From positions 3,101 through 67,100 of the forward strand of contig JBBCHK010000010.1 in assembly GCA_037200745.1 (NCBI GenBank): a stretch of DNA of 64,000 nt, given 5' to 3'. Positions 32,934 to 41,208 of this stretch are shown here, in pieces. The DNA comes from Alphaproteobacteria bacterium (GTDB lineage: Bacteria; Pseudomonadota; Alphaproteobacteria; Rickettsiales; UBA3002). Below the pieces are notes generated by a model. It worked only from the letters and a program-made list of their open reading frames with translations, ran no database searches and was not told the DNA's origin. Made by a program: the position numbers and the translations under genes. Each line of letters starts with the position of its first letter. Position 1 is the first letter of the stretch.

Positions 32934-33561
32934 ATGTTCCGTCGCATTTCTCGTTTTAGTAACATGTCTTTTCGCCGCTCCCCTCTACGCGGCGATGCCG
33001 CCGGTCGGCCAGCCGGCCCCCGATTTCACCGCGACCGATGCGCTCTCCGGCAAGCAGGTTTCGCTGCACGATTTTTCCGGCAAGCTGGTCGTGCTCGAAT
33101 GGAACAATTTCGACTGCCCGTTCGTGAAGAAATTCTATTCGACCAGCGAGATGCAGGAGCTGCAGAAGAACGCGCGCCATGAGGGCGTCGTCTGGATCAG
33201 CATCAATTCGAACGCGGTCGGCAAGGAAGGCTTCCTCGGCAGCGACGCGATCGCCAAGGCGGCGGTCACCCCTGCGCCACGCCCAGCCTTCGGCGTATAT
33301 CCGCGACGTCGCCGGCAGCATCGGCCACCCAGTACGGCGCGGGCTCGACGCCGACCATGGTCGTCATCGACAGGAACGGCGTGCTGGCGTACGAGGGCGC
33401 GATCGACAACAAGCCCTCCGCCGACCCGGCCGACATCGCCGGCGCCACGAACTACGTCACCGAAGCCCTGCGCGACCTGCAGGAAGGCAAGCCGTGAAGA
33501 TCAGCCACACGCAATCCTACGGCTGCTTACGCAATCCTACGGCTGCTTCGTGCATTATTAG
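32934..33561 (+). pseudogene. Secreted thioredoxin-fold (redoxin-like) protein, frameshifts plus a 20-bp tandem duplication
   Basis: RBS GGGGGAG. The signal peptide becomes in-frame after a T-run correction. GQPAPDFTATDALSGKQVSLHDFSGKLVVLEWNNFDCPFVKKFY. The C-terminus ..VKISHTQSYGC|FVHY is split by the duplication. Confidence 0.65.
33509..33548. repeat. Perfect 2 x 20-bp tandem duplication (ACGCAATCCTACGGCTGCTT)
   Basis: 33509-33528 is identical to 33529-33548. The unit length is not a multiple of 3, so it shifts the frame 13 codons before the stop. Confidence 0.9.
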
Positions 33562-33878
33562 TGGTGCGCGCGGTGCGCGCACGGGGGGCGATTAAAGCGC
33601 GCTGACGCGCGCCGCCCCCGCTACCGGTTGACTCGCTCACGCTCGTCTCCCTCCGCTTCGCTTCGGGTCCCCTCCTTCGCCGACCCTCCGGTCGGCTACG
33701 GGCTCGGCCTTCGGCCTACGCAGGCAGTGCGGAAGCTCAGGAGCGCGCGCGGCCACGCACGCCTCTGAGTTTCAGTTCATCCATGCGTAGCCGAATAGGC
33801 GAGCCGCGAGCGATAGCGAAGCGAGGGGGAGCGGTAGCGGGGGCACGTTGTGCCCCCCGTGCGCGTCAGCGCACCACC
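33559..33878. repeat. Mosaic palindromic element, copy B (full length, type 1)
   Basis: Starts TAGTGGTGCGCGCGGTGCGCGCACGGGGGGC and ends GCCCCCCGTGCGCGTCAGCGCACCACC. Core CTACGCAGGCAGTGCGG at 33716-33732. About 85-90% similar to copy C by eye, with indels. Confidence 0.8.
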
Positions 33879-34581
33879 AAACCCTCTCCGGCCCAGGCGG
33901 GCGTTGGTTCAGTGACCTTCTCGGCGATGGCGGCGTAGATTTGTTTCTCCGCCTCGACGACGAGGACACCGCCGAGCCAGGGGCAGACGAGCCCGCCCAG
34001 CCATTCGATGAAATCCCAGCCCCCGAGGACGTGGCGCGTCGGCGGTGCGAACAACATACTCGACGCCTCGCGCAGGGTGAATTTCGCCTCGTCAAGCAGC
34101 GTGCGCAGCTGGGCGAAGCTGTAGGGCGTGCCCTGGCCGAACGGCGTGCCGCTCCTCGCCCACGAGCCGCGACGATTGGGCACGATCAGCAGCAGCCTGC
34201 CGCCGGGAACGAGCAGCTCCCAGAAAATCTTCAGCAGCTCGTCGGGGCGTGGCTCGTATTCGAAGGCGTGCAGCATGACCACGCGGTGCAGCGCGTTGCG
34301 GGCGAAGGGCGGGCGCAGCGCGTCGGCCAGCACGGAGCGGTTGTCGCTGTGCACCGGCCAGTAGATGGCGCCTGCGACGCCGGCATCAGCGCGACGACGC
34401 CGGGCTTGCCGTCCGCCCGCCCGAGCACGCGCAGCAGCGGCGTCGCGTAGCCGATGCCGACGATGGCCTCGCCCGCATGCTGCGGCCAGGCGCGCATCAG
34501 GTGCGCGCGCAGGCGGCGCTTCACCCGGTGGCCGAGCCGCGAGGCGTAGAACTGGCGCAGGGCGATGATCTTGGGGCGCAT
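33866..34581 (-). pseudogene. Class I SAM-dependent methyltransferase (type 11-like), 1 frameshift
   Basis: MRPKIIALRQFYASRLG..IVGIGYATPLL (frame 1) joined to ..VVMLHAFEYEPRPDELLKIFWELLVPGGRLLLIVPNRRG. The last 5 codons and the TGA lie inside repeat copy B. Confidence 0.7.
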
Positions 34582-34664
34582 GGCGGCAGGGTGGCGCAAG
34601 CCTCGCCAACCGTCCAGCGCAAAGGTCGCTTGCGCGCGCATGCCGCCGCCCCTAAATTCGCGCC

Positions 34665-35249
34665 ATGAGCGACACCGATCCCATCGCACGGTTTTCCGAA
34701 TGGCTGGAGGAAGCGCGTGCCGAGCGCAGCATCCCCGAGCCGACGGCGATGACGCTCGCCACCGCGACGAAGGACGGTGCACCCTCGGCGCGCATCGTGC
34801 TGCTCAAGGCGCACGACGGCAACGGCTTCGTTTTCTACACCAACCTCGAAAGCCGCAAGGGCGAAGAGCTCGCCGCCAATCCGCGCGCCGCGCTGTGCTT
34901 CTACTGGGCGCCGCTTCTCAGGCAGGTGCGCATCGAGGGCGGCGTTACCCCCGTGAGCGATGCCGAGGCCGACGCCTATTTCACCACGCGCGACCGCAAC
35001 AAGCAGGCGGGGGCATGGGCGTCGAAACAGTCGCGCCCGCTCGCCTCGCGCCCGCAACTCGTCACCGGTGTCTCGAAGGTCGAGGCGGATTACGACGAAA
35101 AGTCCATCCCGCGCCCGCCCTTCTGGTCCGGCTGGCGGCTGAAGCCGGAGCATATCGAGTTCTGGCAGGAAGGCGAGTTCCGCCTCCACCAGCGCGACCT
35201 CTATACGCGCGACGGCAGCGGCTGGAAACATACGCTGTTGTATCCATAA
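34665..35249 (+). CDS. pdxH: Pyridoxamine 5'-phosphate oxidase
   Basis: 194 aa. ATKDGAPSARIVLLK, FVFYTNLESRKG, RQVRIEG, EFWQEGEFRLHQRDLYTR. Confidence 0.92.
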   Translation: MSDTDPIARFSEWLEEARAERSIPEPTAMTLATATKDGAPSARIVLLKAHDGNGFVFYTNLESRKGEELAANPRAALCFYWAPLLRQVRIEGGVTPVSDAEADAYFTTRDRNKQAGAWASKQSRPLASRPQLVTGVSKVEADYDEKSIPRPPFWSGWRLKPEHIEFWQEGEFRLHQRDLYTRDGSGWKHTLLYP

Positions 35250-35329
35250 CCCGGCAAAAATTTCCGTCGGAATTGACGAAAATGCGGCACGTTCTTGCAA
35301 TGGGAGAGCGTCCACTTACGGAGGCAGCC

Positions 35330-35756
35330 ATGCAGGCGACCCTGAATCCGCTCACGATGAGCAATGCACTTTCCCCTTCATCCAACTACTCGGCGAGCGA
35401 CATCGTGCAGACCGATTCGACGTTCGAGTCGCTCTTCGCCGACCAGAACGAGACGCCGCAGGAGATCCTCAAGGACCTGACCTCGAACGGCGTCAACGGC
35501 TACATGAAGTGGAAGATCGACCAGATGAAGGACAAAGCCACCGCGCAGGTGATGAACTCGATGGGCCTCACCAAGGCGCAGGTCGAGGGGATGCCGACCG
35601 ACCAGCGCATCGCGCTCGAGAAGAAGATCGAGTCGCAGGTGGAGCAGGAGGTAAAAATGTCCATCCAGCAGGAAATGAAGAAGAACGCCAATAGCGGCCC
35701 TCGCCGCCTTCGACCCGATGACCTCCGCCGCCATGCTGGGCGCCCAGGAAGTTTAG
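35330..35756 (+). pseudogene. Hypothetical protein (Gln/Lys/Met-rich), probable 1-nt frameshift near the 3' end
   Basis: RBS GGAGG at 35319-35323. MQATLNPLTMSNAL... Removing one C near 35700 gives ..SGLAAFDPMTSAAMLGAQEV, which stops at TAG 35754-35756 exactly at the edge of repeat copy C. Confidence 0.45.
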
Positions 35757-35760
35757 TCTT

Positions 35761-36055
35761 GGTGGTGCGCGCGTAGCGCGCACGGGGGGCGATTAAAAGC
35801 GCGCTTGACGCGCGCTCGCCCCCGCTACCGGTTGACTCGCTCACGCTCGTCTCCCTCCTTCGCCGACCCTCCGGTCGGCTACGGGCTACGCAGGCAGTGC
35901 GGAAATTCAGAAGTGCGCGCGGCCGCACGACTCAGAGTTTCAGTTCAGCCGTGCGTAGCGCCTTTAGCGGCGCGAGCCGCGAGCCGTCAGGCGAAGCGAG
36001 GGGGAGCGGTAGCGGGGGCACCACGTGCCCCCCGTGCGCGCTACGCGCGCACCAC
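35761..36055. repeat. Mosaic palindromic element, copy C (full length, type 1; perfect 29-bp terminal inverted repeats)
   Basis: 35762-35790 (GTGGTGCGCGCGTAGCGCGCACGGGGGGC) is the exact reverse complement of 36027-36055. Core at 35886-35902. Internal nested hairpins. Confidence 0.85.
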
Positions 36056-36510
36056 TAAAAGTTCCGGCCAGGGCCGGAACCGGAACCGGGCTGGTAGGCC
36101 GCCGGGCCGGAAGGCGGCATGGGGCTCGGCGCCATCAGGCCGGGGTTGATGCCCGGGGCGGGCTGCGGCGCATCGCCCGGCGCGGGCGGCGGCGATTGCT
36201 GGACGGATTGCGTGCGCACGGCCGGCGACGGTGACGGCGGATGCTGTTATCGGTGGTGGCGTGCCGGTGGTCTTCGGCTTGGCGACCGACCAGCCCTGTG
36301 GCCCATGCAATCGGAGAAGAGCGTCAGCAGCTCGGCGTTGCGGTCGCTCTGCGAGACCTGCGCGCCCGGCGGCAGCACCGTGTTGATGTTATGCTCGGCC
36401 TGGTCCTGGCAGTCGCCGTGGTCGCGGTCGTAGCGCGTCTGGATCTGGCTCTGGGCGAGGCAGCCCGCCAGCAGCAACGGCAACAGGAGGATGAGTTCCC
36501 TAGACGGCAT
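36055..36510 (-). pseudogene. Lipoprotein with Pro-rich tail downstream of fliJ, frameshifted
   Basis: Lipobox LLLAGC. After ~70 aa the sensible continuation (..KPKTTGTPPP.. then ..QSPPPAPGDAPQPAPGINPGLMAPSPMPPSGPAAYQPGSGSGPGRNF) requires 2 frame changes. The stop lies at the edge of repeat copy C. Confidence 0.45.
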
Positions 36511-36919
36511 CCCGCCTCACATAGCCCCGGATGGCGATCTCGTCCATCTCCTGCGCATCGCGCTTTTTCGCGGCGTCGGCGCGGCGCTTTTCCCAGTTGC
36601 CGAGCGCCAGCTCGTATTTCTTCATCTCGCTGAATATCTCGCGCAGCTGGGCGGCCAGCTTGTCGAGCTCGGCCTCGACCTTGCGCAAATGCAGGTGCAT
36701 CGCCTGCTGGCGCTTCTTGATCGCGGCGGCGAAATCGCCGAAGAAATGCGCCATCTCCGGCATGGCGGAGGCGGTCTTGAGCTCGTGCACGAGCTGCTGG
36801 TTCAGCAGGTCGATAATTTTGTGCAGCTCCTCGCGCTGCTTCTGCAGCTGGTCCTGCTGGCGACGCAGCGCGTCCATCTCGCGCTGCTTGATGCGGATCA
36901 GCGTAGTCAGGGATTTCAT
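36500..36919 (-). CDS. fliJ: Flagellar export chaperone FliJ
   Basis: 139 aa coiled-coil (LIRIKQREMDALRRQQDQLQKQREEL...). Overlaps the fliI stop, which is the canonical fliI-fliJ order. Confidence 0.75.
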   Translation of the reverse strand: MKSLTTLIRIKQREMDALRRQQDQLQKQREELHKIIDLLNQQLVHELKTASAMPEMAHFFGDFAAAIKKRQQAMHLHLRKVEAELDKLAAQLREIFSEMKKYELALGNWEKRRADAAKKRDAQEMDEIAIRGYVRRDAV

Positions 36920-38258
36920 TTCTTGCCTTCGCTCATGCCGAGCACCCTGGCGAGCTGCTCGTATCCTTCGGCGAGGCTTGCCGATTCCTTCTCGGGCTGG
37001 GTGATGAAGGCTTCGAGCTGCGGGTAATATGCATCGCGCGGTCGACGTCGGGGTCGGTGCCGCGGCGATAGGCGCCGAGGCGGATCAACTCCGCCATGTT
37101 CTCGTAGGTCGCGAGGTGGCGCCGCGCGGCGATGAGCAGCGTGTTCTCGTACTCGCTGTCGCAGTCGGGCAGCATGCGCGAGACGGACTTCAGGATGTTG
37201 ATCGCCGGTAGCGCCCGCGCTGCGCGATCTCGCGGTCCAAAACGATATGCCCGTCGATGATGCCGCGCACACGCGTCGGCGATGGGCTCGTTGTGTCGTC
37301 GCCCTCGACGAGCACCGGAGAACAGCCCGTGATCGCGCCGGAGCCGACCACGCCCGGCCCGGCGCGCTCCAGCAGCCGGGGCAGCTCGGAGAATACGGTG
37401 GGCGTGTAGCCCTTGGTCGTCGGCGGCTCGCCGGCGGAAAGCCCGATCTCGCGCTGGGCCATGGCGAAGCGCGTCACCGAATCCATCAGCAGCAGCACCT
37501 GCTTACGCTGGTCGCGGAAATATTCGGCGACGGCCATCATCGTGTAGGCCGCCTGCCGGCGCATCAGCGCCGATTCGGAGGAGGTGGCGACGACGACGAC
37601 GGAGCGCTTCAGCCCCTCCTCGCCGAGATCGTCCTCGATGAATTCCTGCACCTCGCGCCCGCGCTCGCCGATCAGGCCGATGACGTTGACGTCCGCCTGC
37701 GAATAGCGCGCCAGCATCGACATCAGGATGGATTTGCCGACGCCGGAGCCGGAGAAGATCCCCATCCGCTGCCCCGGCAGCAGGTGAGGAAAGTGTTGAT
37801 GGCGCGCACGCCGAGATCGAGCTTCCCCGCAACGCGGGCGCGCGACGCGGCGGCCGGCGGGCTGGCGCGCAGCAGGTACGGAATGCCGCCTTTAGGCAGC
37901 GGCCCCTTGCCGTCGATGGGATTGCCATCGCGTCGACGATACGGCCGAGCCATGCGTCCGACGGCTCGACGGCGGAGGCGGAAGCCAGCACCGTGACCTT
38001 CGCCCCCAGCCCGACGCCCTCGACCGAGGCGAAGGGCATCAGCAGCGCGATGCCCTCGCGGCCGACGACCCTCGCACAATATTTCATGGTCCGCGCCGTG
38101 GCTGCCCTGCACCTTGCAGCGCGCGCCCACCGACAGCGCCTGCTCGATCCCGGTCGCCTCGATCAGCAGCCCCTTGAACCGCGACGACCCCGCCCGCTCA
38201 GCTCATAGGTCGGCAGGCGGTCGAGTTCGGCAAGCAGGTGCTGGCGCAGGGTGGACAT
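36916..38258 (-). pseudogene. fliI: Flagellum-specific ATP synthase FliI, at least 6 frame changes
   Basis: MSTLRQHLLAELDRLPTYE.., Walker [48 protein letters not shown], and C-terminus ..YPQLEAFITQ are spread over three frames. Confidence 0.8.
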
Positions 38259-38396
38259 CGCGGCGGAGTGTAGCAGAAAGGCAACGCGGGGGCCAGCGTC
38301 GCAGCGACAGGAAGCGCTTTTCTTTCAATCCCATAGCACATGTGTGGTATTCGGCTGTCATCAAATCGTTAAAATTGTGATTGAGTTGAGGCATCC

Positions 38397-38411
38397 TTAA
38401 GAGTATGTTAA
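38397..38411. promoter_or_regulatory. CtrA-box-like motif TTAA-N7-TTAA in the fliI/ctrA divergent intergenic region
   Basis: TTAAgagtatgTTAA at 38397-38411, followed by further TTAA half-sites at 38415-38418 and 38423-38426. About 100 nt upstream of the ctrA ATG. Confidence 0.4.
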
Positions 38412-38514
38412 CACTTAACGCGTTAAGGACTGGTCGCTGATTTCTCCGGGTTTCCTGCGGCCGGATTAACAAGTAGAGTTTGGCATTCTTAACCACGAAT
38501 TCAGGGGGATTTCG

Positions 38515-39252
38515 ATGCGGGTATTACTGGTAGAGGACGATCCTTCGACCGCGAAAGCCATCGAGCTTTCCCTCGCCTCCGAAGGCATCATCTGCGACAC
38601 GACCGAGCTCGGCGAAGAAGGGCTCGAGATCGGCAAGCTGTACGATTACGACATCATCATCCTCGACCTCATGCTGCCGGATATCGACGGCTACGAGGTG
38701 CTGCGCCGCTTCCGCGCCGCCAAGATCAACACGCCGATCCTGATCCTGTCCGGCCTCTCCGGCCCCGACCAGAAGATCAAGGGCCTCGGCTATGGCGCCG
38801 ACGATTACCTCACCAAGCCCTTCAACAAGGGCGAGCTGATCGCGCGCATCCAGGCCATCGTGCGCCGCTCGAAGGGGCACTCGGAGTCGGTCATCCGCAC
38901 CGGCAAGCTGGTGGTCAACCTCGACACCCGCTCGGTCGAGGTCGCCGAGAAGCCGCTGCACCTGACGTCGAAGGAATACGGCATCATGGAGCTGCTCAGC
39001 CTGCGCAAGGGCTCGACGCTGACCAAGGAGATGTTCCTCAACCACCTCTACGGCGGCATCGACGAGCCGGAGCTCAAGATCATCGACGTCTTCGTCTGCA
39101 AGCTGCGCAAGAAGCTGCAGGACGCATCGGGCGGCGAGAACTACATCGAGACCGTCTGGGGCCGCGGCTACGTGCTGAAGGACCCGGAGCCCGGCGCCCT
39201 GCCGGCCACCGCCAAGGAGACCAAGCGCAAGAAAGTGGCGGAAGAAGTCTAG
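38515..39252 (+). CDS. ctrA: Cell-cycle response regulator CtrA (OmpR-type DNA-binding)
   Basis: [108 protein letters not shown]. Near-identical blocks to characterised CtrA proteins. Confidence 0.93.
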   Translation: MRVLLVEDDPSTAKAIELSLASEGIICDTTELGEEGLEIGKLYDYDIIILDLMLPDIDGYEVLRRFRAAKINTPILILSGLSGPDQKIKGLGYGADDYLTKPFNKGELIARIQAIVRRSKGHSESVIRTGKLVVNLDTRSVEVAEKPLHLTSKEYGIMELLSLRKGSTLTKEMFLNHLYGGIDEPELKIIDVFVCKLRKKLQDASGGENYIETVWGRGYVLKDPEPGALPATAKETKRKKVAEEV

Positions 39253-39271
39253 GCCTGCCAACGAACCAAGG

Positions 39272-39308
39272 AAAAAGCCCGCCCGTAGAACGGCGGGCTT
39301 TTTTATTG
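39272..39308. terminator. Bidirectional Rho-independent terminator between ctrA and cheW
   Basis: AAAAAGCCCGCC-cgtagaac-GGCGGGCTTTTTTATT. A-run and T-run flank an 8-bp GC stem, and the cheW stop lies in the T-run. Confidence 0.75.
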
Positions 39309-39749
39309 CAGCGCGCCCAGCACGCCGTCGAGATTCAGCAGGGCGAGCAGGCCGCCTTCGTGGCGGACGATCTCGGTGGCGACGCGCTTCCAGGATTCGT
39401 CCACCGTCGCCGGGGCGCGGATGAAATCCTGCGGCCGCGCGGTGATCAGCTCCTCGACCTTGTCGACGACGAGCGCGATCTCCTCGTCCGCGTGCGCCAC
39501 GACCAGCACCGCCTGCGAGGCGCCTTCCGGCGGCTTCGCCATGCCGAAGCAGCGCCGCAGGTCGAGCACGGGCACGATCTTCTCGCGATGCGTGGCGATG
39601 CCCACGATGCCTTCCGCCGCCAGCGGCACCGGCGCGACCTCGATGTCGCGCAGCGCATCTTTCACCTGCGCCACCGGCAGCCCGTAAAGCTGCGCGCCGA
39701 TGCGGAAGCTCACCAGCATTTCGGTCTGCTCATGGGCGGCGCTGCTCAT
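39303..39749 (-). CDS. cheW: Chemotaxis coupling protein CheW
   Basis: 148 aa single CheW-like domain (LVSFRIGAQLYGLPVAQVKD..GIATHREKIVPVLDLRRCFG..ALVVDKVEE). Confidence 0.85.
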   Translation of the reverse strand: MSSAAHEQTEMLVSFRIGAQLYGLPVAQVKDALRDIEVAPVPLAAEGIVGIATHREKIVPVLDLRRCFGMAKPPEGASQAVLVVAHADEEIALVVDKVEELITARPQDFIRAPATVDESWKRVATEIVRHEGGLLALLNLDGVLGALQ

Positions 39750-41207
39750 GCGACCTCCCGCAGGCGGGCGACGTCGATCACTTCCGCCTCGATGCCGTCG
39801 AGATCCAGCCTGTGCCCCTTCACCGGCGCCTCGACGACGTCGACCACCTGCTCGACGGCGATGCCGATGCGCTGGCCCTCAACCCCGGTGAGCACCACCA
39901 GCTCGGCGATGTTCGGCCGCTCGGTGCCCGGCAGCGTGGCGATGCGCATGTGCTCACGCGGCGCGCCGATGGCGTCGATGCGGCTGACGTCCTCAAGCCG
40001 CAGCGCCTTGAGCGCGCCACCGCCGGCGCGGAAAAGCAGGAAGCTCGCTGGCTTTAGCAGCGCTTCGCCGACGGCCGGCTTCGGCGCGGCGACCGGCGGC
40101 AGGTCGGCGACGTCGCGGAAGCCGATGCTGCGCGCGATGCCGGCAGGATCGAGCACGAGCAGCGGCGTCGCGCCGCCCAGCTGCACGCAGCCGCGATAGA
40201 GCGGCAGCCGCGAAAGCAGCGCAGGCAGCTTGCGCTGCACCGCTTCCTCCGGCTCGCCGAGCGTGGCGAAGCTGAGCGCGAATTCCGCCTCGCCGACCTT
40301 GACGATGGCGATGCTGTCCTCGCGCGCCGCCTCGACCTTCAGCAGTTCGGCGAGCGACACCAGCGGCACGACGCGCTCGCCGGCGAGCAGCACGCGCACG
40401 TTGAAGACCGTCTCGATGCGCCAGTTGCCGAGCGCGTGGCGATCGAGCAGCTCGAGCACGTAGCGCTCGGGCAATGCGAGCTTCGCCGCGCCGGTTTCGA
40501 CCGGCAGCAGCGCGACGACTTCGAGCCCCGGCGCCTGCGGCCCCTGCGAGCCGCGCAGCGCGTCGGCGAGCGTGCGCGTCAGGGCGCCGAGCTTCTGGAT
40601 GGGCGCGGCGAGCGTTTCGTCGCCTTTGGCTTTCAGTTGCTGGCGCAGGGCGATGAGCTCGCCCACCGCCCAGGCGAGTTTTTCCAGCAGGGCGCGGCGC
40701 GAGATCGTCGGGCTCGGCGTTTCGAGCCCGTGGCGGATGGCCTCGCGCTGTGCCTGCGCCGAGATCGGTGCGGGCGGCCTTGCCGGTTTCGCCGGCAGCA
40801 GCGCCGCGTTCGGCAGCGCCAGCGGCGCGATGGCGGGGGCGGGCTCGGCAAGCTGCGGCTGCGGCGCGCGCTTGAGGTGGGCGAGCAGCGCCGTGTCGTC
40901 GCCCTGCGGCTCCTCGCCGTGCGCGGCGAGGTGCTGGATGAGGTGCTTGATCTGCGCCAGCGCCTCGATCAGCGCGAAGCTGCCCTCGCCGCCGCGCGAC
41001 AGCGCTTCCTCCGCCGCCTGGGCGATGGCTTCGAGCCGCTTCAGCCCGAGGAAGTCCCGACGTGCCCTTGATGGTGTGGACGAGGCGCGAGATGGTGGCG
41101 AGGATCTGCGTATCGCCGGGATTCTGCTCGAGGCGCACGAGCTCGGCATCGAGCAGCGCGAGCGATTCGCCCGTCTCCTCCAGGAACTCGCCGATGAGAT
41201 CGTCCAT
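39746..41207 (-). pseudogene. CheA-like protein with Hpt (P1) domain and two CheW-like (P5) domains but no HATPase_c kinase domain; 1 frameshift after the Hpt motif
   Basis: MDDLIGEFLEETGESLALLDAELVRLE..ISRLVHTIKGTSG|FLGLKRLEAIAQ (phospho-His motif HTIKG). A ~100-aa Pro/Ala linker follows, then two CheW-like modules. No N/G1/G2 ATPase boxes in any frame. Confidence 0.7.
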
Positions 41208-41208
41208 A

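Noticed and set aside
30261-33561. The translationally coupled string rph-rdgB-FMN reductase-dsbD-redoxin as a possible novel redox system.
   Set aside because: All members belong to common families, and the DsbD plus thioredoxin-like pairing is conventional. The heavy frame damage prevents any finer inference.
9586-41100. Programmed ribosomal frameshifting or transcriptional slippage as an explanation for the frame changes.
   Set aside because: There are too many sites (dozens) in unrelated genes. Both +1 and -1 directions occur, without slippery heptamers or downstream structures. Several sites occur per gene.
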